Assembly (NCBI RefSeq): GCF_964355755.1
Contig: NC_092671.1
Coordinates: 20,336,001 to 20,400,000, forward strand
Reading direction: 5' to 3'
Source of the DNA: Antedon mediterranea
Lineage: Eukaryota; Animalia; Echinodermata
DNA: 64,000 nt
The stretch's first letter is position 1, and each line of letters opens with the position of its first letter. This document shows, piece by piece, positions 50,810-63,775 of this stretch. Position numbers and translations under genes: made by a program. The notes under the pieces were generated by a model, which did not search any database, was not told the DNA's origin, and saw only the letters and a list, made by a program, of their open reading frames with translations.

Positions 50810-52237
50810 ATAAATTTACGTAAGGGCAAAATTCGGTAAATCGCGCGTTATTTCTAGAATGTTAACTCGATGGTATATAAAGTTGGTTCATACTTTCGGT
50901 ACTGATTTTAACCACCAGATGTAACCCTGTTTACTAATTAAATTGAGTTCGATAATTAGTTATTGACGATTAAAACGAATTTAGGTTCAACGATTTGCCC
51001 CAAATAGGGGTGTTTTTCGATCGTGGTATACACTGTCTAATGGATGTCCGTCTTGAAAAATACCCGCAGACAATAATACGAGGATGCTTCGCATTTTCCT
51101 ATCTCCTCCTACGGTAATTGTTTTTAATGGCTGAAAACCGGTTGAACAGCTCGAGTACAGCATCATAATGTTGAAGACAGGCCGATTTTTTTTTTAAAAT
51201 ACTATTTTGATAGATTTAATATACGTTTATACAAATGTATTGATTTGCGATGAATGGAACATTCCAATCTCTGTTCCACAGGTGTATATTCCCTCAGGCG
51301 TCGTAAAGGCAAGTACTGTATATACTCATAACAGAAATTCGATCCATTTTTTTTTTTCAATCTGTGCTGCAGAGGTTGGATATAATTTTTTTAACTGATA
51401 ATGAGCTAGCGTTTTCAGTCGCCGTATATTATGTACAAATCTTTATTATTGCATTTAAACCACCCACATCATCACCCTTCCCTCACTGGCATGAGTAGCG
51501 TTGTAAAGCCAGTAGAGGATAGGCCTACGGTGCATCAAATCCCCTAAACGCAGAACAACTTTGGTGGGTAGGGTAGGAACCAACTTAAGTATGAATTGGC
51601 TCTAAGAAACAATTGAAAACCATTAGGCCTACTAATAAAGTTGAGTTAGATAATTTAATTTTTATTGACGATTAAATCGATTTTATGATTTTCCCCGAAT
51701 AGAGGTGGTTTTCACAAATTGTTTTACATTATATAAACATACACGTCGTAGTGATGTATCGTTACATGTACTATACTATTTCAATCGACTAGGACGGTGA
51801 TAGTTTCAACAAAGTATTACATAGCAATGTTTTACTGTGTTTAGTGATATATTATTTGTAAAACATGAAAACAATTAATATTTCGTTACTAAATGGATAA
51901 AGAATATATTTAATATATTTAAAAATTGTTCCTCTTTGCACCCATCCTCTTCCCCATCCCTCACCCCTAATGTTACACAAATTAAGTTTGTTTAAATTTG
52001 ACTTAAACAATTGGTCTCATTTTGTGACAAGTTTCTCTTTCGGAAGTAATTCTGAGGGTGCTAATTTTAGTTTGAGTACATAAATCAGTGTCTATTTTCG
52101 TTCCTGTAAACGACATGTATTATTGTACGTACATTTGAAATCGCCAGTTTTTTAACGCTGAAATTATTATGTATTCGAGAACCATCTGTGGGCACGACCT
52201 AGATGGTACGCGAGCGAAGCGAGCGTACCATCTAGTT
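50810..52237 (+). mobile_element. Helitron/Helentron-like non-autonomous insertion nested in the Academ element
   Basis: 13-bp-stem hairpin ctagatggtacgc...gcgtaccatctag at 52199-52235 ending CTAG|TT; interior shared with 27150-27660 and 42520-42680; left boundary uncertain. Confidence 0.5.
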
Positions 52238-52859
52238 ATAGTAATTATGAGATAAACATTTTATTTTACACATAAAAACATAGGAAATTAAATATAAAAG
52301 TGTCTTTTTCTCAAAATGTTGTTTTCACATACTTCTGTAAAGTACACAGTTTTATAATAGGCTTTCGATCCCCAGTCTGTTGTTAATTTGTCTTTTTTAT
52401 GTTGTCCACCAGTCATCGTTTTGATTTTTGTCGGAAAAATAGGTCAAGTATAATATGTATGAAACGCCATATGTGCCAAAAGATTGCTCTTTTACTATAA
52501 TATTATTAATATTATCTATAATAATATAATAATATTTGAAAGTTTGTTTTTAGAAAAATCTCGAACACAGAGACCCTCAATATGCCCTCACTGTTTTGTT
52601 TGGGTCAGAGATGTTTTTTTTGGGTCAAAGACCCTCTATAATGTAATTATTTAACATTTTTGTTCATTCTTTCAATGATACAAGTTTTTGTTGAAGTTTG
52701 TATTGAGTCTCAAAAACCCTATATTGGACTTAATCAAGGTTGGAAGGAGTGGTATAAATGGGTTCTCCTTCTTAAAGCCTTCGCATCTATGCTTTCTTGG
52801 CTGACGGTGATAACAGATATGAAACTCCTTAAGTAATTAAGAGGTCCTTTATACACATG

Positions 52860-53330
52860 GATAAAGACGGTTTCAACGTTATTTACAAACATTACGTTGG
52901 CCTACTGTGTCTAGGTATGGAATCCATATCTCCAACAAGACATAAGCGCACTTGAAAGAGGAAACGTCATGCGACAAAACTAATTCCAGCTATCCATTCT
53001 TATTCATATGAAGATTGTTTAAAGTTTCTTGGCCTAACAACCCTGTATGACAGACGAATTCGTGGTGACTTGATTGAAACATTCAACATTTTCAAAAGGT
53101 TTTGAGGGTTTAGCCTAGGAAGACTTCCTTCAAATGAGATGCAGAAATACACGAGGACATCAGCTTAGACTTTTCAAACCTAAATTTCACAAAGGACTGA
53201 TAGGAGATCCAACTTTTCACAATGAGTAATTATATATTTGAATAGTTTGCCAACCGAAGTTGTCATTTCTGAAACCACCAACACATTTAAAAACCGATTG
53301 TATTCGTTTTAGAAATGAGGTTAAAAGGGT
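52860..53330 (+). mobile_element. CR1 LINE 3' fragment nested in the Academ element
   Basis: VWNPYLQQDISALER, ATKLIP, LGLTTLYDRRIRGDLIETFNIF, RNTRGH. Confidence 0.85.
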
Positions 53331-53399
53331 AAACAAGTTTACCTATCTAAACTAATCAGAACCAAATATTCTAAACACTGAGTGGATGATCGATTCAAA

Positions 53400-54790
53400 A
53401 TAGAATCATTGGTGGTATATCAAGAAACGCTGTAATTTATTGATAGGTCAGACTGATCTCGAATCACACATAATACACAATATTCTTTCGACCTGACATA
53501 TGATAAGGAAGATCTTACATTTAAAGTAACAACTTATTAAAAGATAAAAAAAAAAGTAGAACTTAGAACTTCATGAGCCACTGAGAAAGCATCGCTCTAA
53601 ACCTTTGCGGATTTCTATAAGGCAATTGTTTCGATAAAGTATATCAAAACAAAAAAAACTCGACAGAAAATCTGCTGACCAACCATTGGAGTATGATCAT
53701 AGCTCAATTATAATATGTTTAACCAAATCTGACTTCAGATATCTTGATGGATGGCATTGAAATACCCACAGATGTTCCAGAAGAAAACCAAAAAACATGT
53801 TGGTCATGCACTAAAGGATTCAGTAAACATAGCTGTCAAACATCTGGTGACTATGCAAGTATTTATAAGTTACTTAGAGATTTCGTCATTTTATTGTATT
53901 TGATCATAACATTGGAACAAGCAGTGAAACGATTGAAACGTATAGTCCCAATGTACTAATCTGTACTTACATGTGTTCGGAGCCACATTCATCGGTTTGG
54001 AGGAGAACAAATATGACAAACATTCTTCTATGTCAATCACAAAGAAGCTTATGCAATTATACATGAAAGTTGATGTATGATATACACTTTGTAACTCCAA
54101 TAGCAACCGTACTAAAGTATGGACGATATCTGGTATACTGAACAATAAAGTGGTTGAAAACCTATTAAGAACAATCTAACCAGCTTCCATTCCATTACAG
54201 GTTGCAGCACGTCATTATTTGCTGGTTATGGAAAGAAATCCTACTGGAAATTGTTTGTAACGCATCCACTCCTTGTAAATGGAATTGATTAACATTAAGA
54301 ATTTGTACGTACAGTGTACAGTAAAGTTTAATTGCCAAATATATGGTACTCTTGAGCAACTGTATAATAACAGACTACTCTTTGGAGGGTCTTGAAATGC
54401 TACCTCCATCTAGACTCAGTGACCATATACCATGAACACTAGTGATATATTTCCCTTAAATATTAAGTATTTCACTTTACAAAATAAATATTTAAGGACT
54501 GACAGTATTTCCCTTAAATTGTTTTCACTTAGGCAAACATTTAAAAAGCTCACCTATGGTGAATACAGACATCTTAGAACCTAACATACGGGTCAACTAT
54601 CAGGTATGTGGCCTAAATTAATCGGGTCGTTTGGAAGCCCCTAACGCAGTTGTCAGTTTGGAACTTGTTACATGTGTATGTAAATTAAAGAGCCAGATGA
54701 AGTTGTTACCGAAAGCATGCATGTGTGGTTGTGATTCAATCGTTTGCTGTACCCAGATGGCCAGTAGGAATTATATCAGTGCTGGAAGAA
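53400..54790 (+). pseudogene. Degraded Academ transposase, XPG/FEN1-like and Cys-rich C-terminal region
   Basis: Broken-frame motifs TFADFYK, FHSITGC, FAGYGKKSYWKL, LEMLPPS, RVNYQV, LELVTCVCK...CMCGC. Confidence 0.7.
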
Positions 54791-55849
54791 ATACCCACCT
54801 CAGAGCGTTTACCTCCTTCCATCCCAGAAAACTCCGATATTGACATGGGCCTATTACTCCAAACCCACAAATCCTCTGTGACCGTTTTTAAATGAAATTT
54901 ATGAAATTCTAGTATGCCTCCAATTTCGGTTATTTTGATACTCTAGGACTCATCCTCTCCATCCCTTGAACACCTTCCAGGAGTGATTCAAAAAGTTTAA
55001 AATCTTCCTAGTACAATTCTGGTCTTTTTGACACCACACTATAAACATCAGCCCCGGGCTATCATGAAAATTATATTTATTTCAATTATTAATACTGATA
55101 ATTAACAGGTCTGTGCTTTATTTGACCTTATGACCTTGAAAATGACCTTTAAACTTGTAAGTTGAAAAATTGATGAACTTGACCATATACCGCAATATGT
55201 CAATAATGATCCAATAATGGTTGAATTTCTTTTAATTGGCTTATATGTTGTTGAAAACAGCTTAAACCCCCATTTTACCATATTTGACCTTATAACCTTG
55301 AAAATGACCTTTGACCTGAAATTTGAGAGCGGCATCCACCCCTATCTTTTTTGTCATCCCATAAGAGATATATTCCACATGGTTGCCTGCTATTAACAGA
55401 AAATGCCCCCCATGATGAAAAAGCTCACATTGGCCGCCCTACTAATATACGTTAGTTACAAAAAGTAGGTCAATTACAGACCCTTCATTCTGGTTTTTAT
55501 TTGCTGGTCTTGTAACTTCTTGTACTTGGTAAAACCAAGTGGATCAGTAATGTCAAACATTGATTTTACGTCATTTAAGTTTTGGTTTAAAACATTAACA
55601 TTGAAATCATACATGATAGGATTTAAACTTTTGTTGAAATTTGGGATTATTATTATAAATTACGGGAAATGCTTTGCCAAAGAAAAGACTATGGAAAACA
55701 TTGTGGCTGTTGGAAGTTTGTAAATATATAATTACAATAATGTAGCCTAGGACTGTAAGTAGAAGGTGGTAATTTGGATGGTTGTAGTAAGATATTTATG
55801 ATTATGACCATTATGGCATTTACAGGTTATAAATCAAGTTCGGTTGGCA

Positions 55850-57420
55850 CAGAACATGATGACCAGGCAGCCCCTTGTCAATTGGTTGCTGGTCCGCCAT
55901 CGTTTGCTGCTCTATTAGCTGTATGGGCGCTACAGGGGATAATCTGAGGTTTTTCCACACCAACCAAGAAAAGTAAATACCCAAATGTCAAAACCTTGTG
56001 TCCTGGCATGGAAAACGTCTTACAGAACGTGGCATTCAATGACCATGAACTTGCTAAACTATGCATGGGTCTTAGCGCTCTAAGAAACGAAAATAAATAT
56101 CAACGACGATGCTCAACGACTTCTTGAAATATGCACAATGTTGGGTATGTGTATTAACACCTTCAAGAGCAAGCTACGTCATAAAGTATCATGGAGAAAT
56201 CCAAGACTCGGGGCATTGGCACCAGCATGATCTAGTGATAGTACTGACCTGGTAGTAATTAAAGAATACTCGCACATATCGTAGTGCTGACGGGGACACA
56301 GATCATTCATTGGTGTGTAGCAAAGTCAAAACACTCCCAAGAAATTTCATAATTCAAAGAATGAATCAGCCAAACATGAAAAATGAGAAGTACATCAATG
56401 ATTTTGAAGAGGTTTTCAATCGAAAATATGAACAATTAGATCAATGAAGACACTAAACAAATATTGTACCATCTGAAAATATCAATGTATGATGCAGCAC
56501 TAGAAATCTTTGGGAAGAAGGAAACATGATGAAGAATGATTTCAAACCTTTGTTGGACGCAAATTGTAACAGGCATGCAACTAGTTAGAACCTTCGAATC
56601 ATAACAAAGGCAAAGTGCAAACTGCTGCTGATAAAGGAGATTCAAGGAATATGAATGTATGATTCGAAAAGCACTTTGACCAAGAATAATAAAGATGTCA
56701 CCATTGAAAGCTGTTGACGGATGTATCCTGTCAAATAAAACCAGTCAACTGGCAAGATAGGAAGAACACTACATGCTTTAGATGAAATTCCTTGTGTTGC
56801 ATCTTAACACCAAGCCTGAAAAAGAAGAACTTAGGAGGGCTTTGGACTCCTTATCAAACAGCCGAGCACCAGGCACAGATGGCATACTGTTGAAAGTTGC
56901 TAAGAATTCCCTACTACTACCAGTATTTAATCTACTAATTCAGTGCTTGAGTACAGGAGACATTCCACAGGATACGAGAGATGCTCTTATCTATAAGAAC
57001 AAAGGGGCCCAACAGACTGCAACAACTACAGAGGAATATCACCCTTGAATATAACTGGAAAAGCAATAACAAAGGTCATAGCACAACAATTGCAACATGT
57101 TTCTCAAAATCCCAGTGCGATTTCCGTGCAAAAAGATCCACCATTGATATTGATAAGTGTAGAGAACAAAGAAAACCGCTATATGTTGCATTTGTAGACC
57201 TCACAAAAGCCTTTGATATGTTGAATAGGGAAGGCCTCCGGATGATTCTTGACAAAATTGGATGTCCTCCTAAACTAATAGTAGGCTTCCAGAAGACTAT
57301 GCATGGCTGTATAAAAAATGAACAAAACATTTCTGACGGATTCAATACCAGAAATGGATGCAGGCAGGGAGATGTCCTTGCTTCTATGATCTGTGATCTT
57401 GCTATATGCATTCAATGGAA
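55850..57420 (+). mobile_element. RTE-clade (BovB-like) LINE relic
   Basis: DTDHSLV (endonuclease end), RAPGTDGI, KCREQRKPLYVAFVDLTKAFD.LNREGL..IL.KIGCPPKL, GCRQGDVLA. Confidence 0.88.
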
Positions 57421-57714
57421 TAGATTTTATTTTTTTCAATTTAGCTAGCTATCTACCAAAAATAAATTGCAATAGTTTCATTCAAATTTGTACAAATGTT
57501 ATAAACAAAAGTTAAAAGTTAAGAAAACTAACTCATCCTTTAGATAATTTCAGAGATGTAAGAGGGCAAGTGATGATATGACAATATGCAAGGTTGATTG
57601 AGCTGCATTTCTCAATAGCAGAACATACAAATGAGCCATAGAGGTATTTGTTAAAATGAAATCAAAGAATTTAGTTTTATAAGGAATAAGACGTACTGTT
57701 ACTATTTTATTTAT

Positions 57715-58300
57715 TTTTTGGTTATCCGCACTTGGTGGATAACCCCTTGTTATTGTCAGGATCTTTTTTTTTGGTTATCCGCAAAGGTATTGCGGATAAC
57801 CCTTGTGATTGCCACAATCTTTTTTTACACAAATTTTGTTCACGCATATCTCTAATTCTGCCCAACATATGATTGTATAACTTTATCATAAGATTGACCT
57901 GTATCTGTAGGTGTGCAAGAAACTTTGTTATACGACTTTCTGTGGAAAAAAAATGGCATGTTTCACAAAAAGTTACTTCTAAATACGAAAAATCATCTAG
58001 TTTTACCAGTTTTTAAACATTTTCGACTTAAAATCATGTCATACAAGCGGACAATTCGCGCGTTTTTGATGAAAAAGTTTAAAAATTCGTAAAAATTATG
58101 CTTTTTTTCAGTCATAGTTTCTAAACTACATGGTGAAGTTTATTGTTATTACATATTCTGGAAGTAGATGAGTTGTAGATATCGAATCATTCATCAATAT
58201 GACTAACCGGACATTGTGATGTTACTGTATGGCCACTCGATAATATAAAATAGAGGACTTTTGTCTCTTTCGTCACAGCTCATCACATTTAATTGAGCGC
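57715..58300 (+). mobile_element. Helentron-associated-like element with duplicated 5' hairpin
   Basis: ggttatccgc...ggataacc hairpins near 57720 and 57773, each after a T-run; right boundary uncertain. Confidence 0.4.
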
Positions 58301-58739
58301 ATTTCCACTTATCCGTATTCCATTTTGTCCCATATTTTGATATTGTCTACCGTAGGCCAATCAATCATCTTTCGCATGATTTATATTTTATTTATTTATT
58401 CAGGTATATAAAAAACCTTACAAAAAGCAGAACAAGTCTGAAATTATTGTAGTACATATAAAAAAAAATGAAACATTACAGAAAAAACTACAGAAAAATT
58501 TACAATATGCATAAAAAATAAATATACTGTACATTAATCATTAAAATTTATCCAAAAGAACAATATTGCAATGTCATAAAAAAATAGATCATTTTTCATT
58601 CATTTTATCAGTGAAAAGTATCATTAATTAGGTTCACTGGCATTTAAAATATATTTACCAAGGTTTTAATTTATTTTTAGCAATATATACAATAGTAACA
58701 TGCAAAATGTCCATCAAGAAAAAAAAAAAAAAGGTCGCT

Positions 58740-59115
58740 CAATAAAAAATAAAAAATTTAACCCGTAAACATCAAAAAGTTAATTAAATAAACAACAACA
58801 AAAAACAGTGCATTTTATTGAGAGTTAAGCAGATCAACAATATAAGGTAATGCAGACCGTTTATATCTGTCGGTTTTACATTTAGGCACTTTTCCACCAT
58901 TGGATCTAAGGTTTAATTTTCGCTTGCGGCAAGGAGGGAGCATATCCCCGTGCAAAGCCGATTTTATGAGACCCTGACCAAAGGAAAGGACCAGACTTTC
59001 CCTCCTTGCTGCAAGCGAAAGGAGTTGCGTCTCCTCTAAAGCTAAATCGTACGATATATAATTTTTTTCCAGGATATTTCTTAGAGCTCTTTTTTGAACA
59101 GCTTCAATTTTATAT
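58740..59115 (-). mobile_element. CR1/L2-group LINE 3' fragment
   Basis: IEAVQKRALRNIL...SYDLALE...LAARRE...PKCKTDRYKRSALPYIVDLLN. Confidence 0.8.
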
Positions 59116-60073
59116 GCTAATTTATTTACCATATTTAAAATGTCTAATGACGTCATCATGATCAAAAGCGTGAAACACTTGGGTCAATTATTTTCATCAT
59201 TACAGTAAATTTCAATGTGCTGTAGCTTCTCAAAATAAAAAGTGATATTCATGATTAAAACATTTTCTGAAAGCTGTTGAATTGTAGATACAAATTTATG
59301 TAAAAATGTTGTGCATCTGATGTTGTGACGTCATCATATGGCCAGTTCAATTATAAAAGTCGTATTTTCATATTTTGCGTCATAGTTCATGACATTTAAA
59401 AGAGCGCGCATCCATATTCTAAATATCCAAATTTCTTCAACACGTTAATATGTTGTTGCTCAGATAATTCCCTTCCCAAATTGCTATCTACGTGTTTCAT
59501 TATGATTTAACCTTTCTGCTTCTGTTTCGAACCTCATCTGGTATTTGGTTGTCCTGGCAATGGTATTGCCCTAACATTGCGCGACCCTGTTATAATTTAT
59601 GGTCTATTTGTCTATTTATTTATTCTTTTTGCGGTATCTTAATTAATGTAACTAGTTTTCAGTGGGTCTCCTATCACAAGCCCCTTGGGGATTCTTGGAG
59701 GTCCCTTTCATCGTTTAAAATATGTTTTACTCCTCGCTTGTTATTGTTTGTTTATGAGATGAATAAAAGAGACGTATGATGACGTCATCATGTTAAATAT
59801 TGGAATAAAAGGCAGGTTCCGTTATTTCCACCTATTCTGCACTGTATGTAGTATGTATACAGTATTGTGTATACTGTATACACTTAGACACAACATAAAG
59901 GGCACACTAATATTTTATTTTCTTCAGGTCACAATGGCATAATCTTTTTTTCTGTGCGCATATTTCTAACGTATGACGTGCACAATAACCTAACTCGTCC
60001 TTGGTGAAGAGTTCAAATCTAGTTTTTTGGGGTTTTCGCTTTTGTGGTACATACAACATATACATATACCGCC

Positions 60074-60888
60074 TGTTACAGCCGCTAATGTAGAAAACGC
60101 CTCCTAATTTCAAAATAACTATTAATGTAGAACAATATACTGTTGATTTAGTAAACTTCCAGCCAATGTAGAAATACACAGCTTATGTAGTAAAATGTAG
60201 AAAATGTTATCAGTCTTCCTCCTCTCATAGGTGACCAACTTTCCAAAAGCGACCATTTCTCTTAAAAGACTGCTTCTCATAATCGACCAGCACCTCTCGT
60301 AAGTGGTCGATTATGTGAAGTGGTTCCTTATAAGAGGAGTAGGTCACTTACAATAGGAGGTGGTCGTTTAAAAGAGGTGGTGGTAATCATTAAGAGATGG
60401 TTACGAGAGGTGGTCTATTATAAGAGTTTGACCCTTACAAGAGGTGGTCGTTTAAAAGAGGTGGTGGTAATTATTAAGAGATAGTTACTAGAGGTGGTCT
60501 ATTATAAGAGTTTGACCCTTACAAGAGGTGGTCGTTTAAAAGAGGTGGTGGTAATTATTAAGAGATGGTTACAAGAGGTGGTCTATTATAAGAGTTTGAC
60601 CCTTACAAGAGGTGGTCGTTTAAAACAGGTGGTGGTAATTATTAAGAGATGGTTACGAGAGGTGGTCTATTATAAGAGGTGGTCGATTTGGTGGCAATAG
60701 TAACTGCGTTTAACTGTGAGGCAATTTCCCTTACTACATTAGCTGTTGGCCGTTCTTCACTAGCTGGTGTTGATTTTTATTGAAATTTATTACATAAGCT
60801 GGAGGTTTTACTACATTAGCAGTGGATTGTTCTACATTAGCGGTTGTTTCAACATTAGCTGGTGCTTTCTACATTAACAGTTGTAACA
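60074..60888. mobile_element. MITE-like element with TGTTACA ends and repeated ctacattag motifs
   Basis: tgttacagccgctaatgtagaaa vs tttctacattaacagttgtaaca; no clear TSD. Confidence 0.5.
60355..60685. repeat. 84-bp tandem repeat, nearly 4 copies
   Basis: gaggtggtcgtttaaaa recurs at 84-bp spacing (about 60357, 60441, 60525, 60609). Confidence 0.9.
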
Positions 60889-61151
60889 TGCACTTTTATC
60901 TTGTATTGCTATTATCAAATTCCAAATTTTAATATGGAATCTAAACTTATTGGTACTATGTTTGTAGGATTCAAAACCCAGATGGTCAACTGGCCAATTT
61001 CAAGTAAAAAGCAGAACATGAGGGGTCTCCCTGTTGGAATTAACATTCAGCAGAATGGTGCATGGTATGAACTGAACATAAAAAGAAAAATAATAAATAA
61101 AGATAGTTAAAATTTTATGGCATACTAAAATGAAACACAAAATATTCTTAC

Positions 61152-61360
61152 CAGTGGGAAGTCTCTGAGCTCAAGATGGTCATATATGCAATTGTCATGG
61201 CTTTCAATGTCCATTGCATTGACCTTGATACGAACTTCTTCACCATTTGGTGCGGCCACTGTCCATCGACAACGGAGGTTGTGGTCATAATTATTAGGGT
61301 AGTTTGGTGAGGTGATAGTTTGCGGTGTACTGGTTGCATTGTAGACACCTCCACATGTGG
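61152..61360 (-). CDS. CUBN: Cubilin exon (TCGGVYNATSTPQTITSPNYP...RCRWTV...YDHLELRDFPL)
   Basis: CGG.YNAT.TPQ.I.SPN resembles a late cubilin CUB domain; ctgtag / gtaaga; gene continues beyond the window end. Confidence 0.92.
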
Positions 61361-61544
61361 CTACAGTAAAAAATGAAAATTAGGTTGCCATATATTTTGT
61401 AGTGTTCAACTACACTACTATTACTGTAAATTGATTTAATTAATCTATTACTAGAGGGAACTCCCAAAGTATAATTTTTGAATACATACATATTAAAAAC
61501 ACTATATTTGCATTTGGATTATCACACCCAGAAACAACATACTA

Positions 61545-63060
61545 CAGTCAACTTCGCCTAAGTCGACTTCGCGTAAGTCGAAAATTCGCAAAGTCCCAAT
61601 TCATACCTATAGTTTACCATGTACAAGGTTATTTGTAAATCGAATTCGTGTAAGTCGAAATTCGACGGTATTTCTTGGTCCAAATGTCGAAATTCTTAGC
61701 ATATTCTAACGTATAAGTCAAATTTTTAAAATCCTATTACTGTAGTACAGTAAACATAGCACGATCCATCCGAAGCCTGAGAAACCGATTGTTGTCATGG
61801 ATACTGAAGTCCCTGGATAACGCGTGTTGTAACACCACCCTAGACGGGCAACAGTGTAACTGATCGCGTACATCGGTTGCTTTGATTTTATGAGCTGTCA
61901 CTCTCTCGGTTTACATTAACCTAGCTGATAAATGATCTTTGAGGTTGCCGGTAATACAGATTGCGTCCAAAGAAACAGATGTACAGTTTTGAAGTTGATA
62001 AAGTTTACAAATGTACAGTACAAATAAATGATTGCTTGATAGAATTACTGTATTTATAATTAATGTTTAACTCTAATAAAAAACAATCTTTCAAAATCGA
62101 AATGTTTACTGTTTTTTTTCCTAGTTTAGATAATGAGATGTATGTTTAATTAATTATCTTCTGCAAGGTCTGACCAAATAAATTACAGGATTATCACATA
62201 CCCATGACTCATGTCGAAAAGAAAATTAAAAACCCGATCATATGAAGAAAAATAGGCGATTCTTAAATTTGTTGATGAAAATCCAACTTGGAAGAAAAAT
62301 CGCCACATCTTTGCTACTCGCAGGTTGGCTGCAACGGAAGCTGAAGATGAGTTCAAGTGGACGTTGTTAGACGCAATTGTCACAATAAAAAGTGCTTGGC
62401 GAAAGGTCACCCCACAAACCATTTCCAATGTATACCAAAAAGTGGGTTTTATAAAGCCCCTTTTAGCTGGCGCTGACGACAATGCCGATGAAGAACAGGT
62501 GGTGGTAAGTTTTTATCACATTGGTCTAATATCGCATTTTTATTTCCGTTTTCTGTATTCAAGTAAAAGTTAAGACAAAGGTTTTAACACATTTTCTTTA
62601 TTGTATTGTAGATAGATGTCGTTGAAGAAGAAAGAGACTTCGGGAACATTTGGGAACGACTTGCTGCAACATTTGAGCTTTCCTCACTGGCTGATTACAT
62701 ATCTGAAGACGATAAAGATGCAGGTGTTGCTGAACAGCTAGAGGACAGCGAGATCGTCGACCTAGTGTTAGATGAGGAATCAGACCCAGAAGAAGAAGAA
62801 GACGAAGAGACGGTGGACGCACAGCCCATGCAAGATAATTCAGGTCTAACTTTACAGGAGATGTTTTCTATTGTGGACACAATCAGACGGTACAATCGGT
62901 TGGTTGAGAATCTGCCTGATGAAATTGCCATTATGGCCGACCGATATGAAGCCTTTTTAATGAAGGAATCGCATAAAAAGTTAATGCAGAAATCAATTAC
63001 CGATTTCTTTAAATAAATCTATTACACTGTATTAAAGATTGAAAAGTGTTACATAAACTG
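61545..63060 (+). mobile_element. pogo/Tigger (CENP-B family) internal-deletion derivative
   Basis: TA|CAGTCAACTTCG terminus with taagtcga subterminal repeats; MSKRKLKTRSYEEK*AILKFVD, TLLDAI..IKSAWRKVTPQTISN, acidic tract, QKSITDFFK end; right TIR not found. Confidence 0.85.
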
Positions 63061-63775
63061 TAAATAATGTATACTGTGTTCTCCTTTTTTCGACTTCCAT
63101 TTTTGTGTGAAATAAAATAAAAATACATACTGTACCTGTATTCGATTCCTTTTGAAAATGTACCAATTGGCGAGAATTGGACCGAGAAACTTAACGTCAT
63201 GGATTGCGCCTCAAAAGCTATATAGTGTAGGCTGGTATGTCGTTTATATGAATGTCGTGTATTTTTTTTTTTTAAAGCAAACTTGACCTTTTTTCATATC
63301 TTGATAATATAAGGAATGAAAAAAAATATGTTGCCATTTTTTCAAAAGACATTTAAAGGACCAAATTCAAGATGGCCGCCAACATTCAAATAACCCTATT
63401 AAAAATCAGAATATCACCAATAATACAAATTATGAACGTGGAACAAGTCCGTTTTGATGGTATTACTGTACCCATTATACAATCTTAACTATGTAAAGTG
63501 ATAATCTGTCGGCCATCTTGGATTTCAAAATGGCCACCACTAAAAATTAAATTCTTTAAATAATTTTTTTTAAATATGTGTGCATAAATTTTTGTTTGTA
63601 CACAATGTTCTAAAATTGTCACTTCTCACAGGATTGTCTAAATATAAGGCTGTCTAAAGTTGTCAATGTTCTCTATATAACAGATATATAATACCCCACT
63701 ATGACTCTTAAATTAAATTAAATGTATGGAACAACTTACCAATTGATATCAAATATTCAACAACAATTACGTCTA

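Larger units (their letters stand above)
50529..55444 (+). mobile_element. Academ DNA transposon relic (4.9 kb) in a cubilin intron
   Basis: Degenerate long TIRs starting TAGTAG(A/G)G(A/C)GGCCAA with shared block ggggcatttt.tgttaatagcaggcaaccatg; 3-bp TSD ATA at 50526-50528 and 55445-55447; internal transposase remnant. Confidence 0.8.

Noticed and set aside
60494-60700. Repetitive 68-aa ORF
   Set aside because: Product of an 84-bp tandem repeat whose length is a multiple of three.
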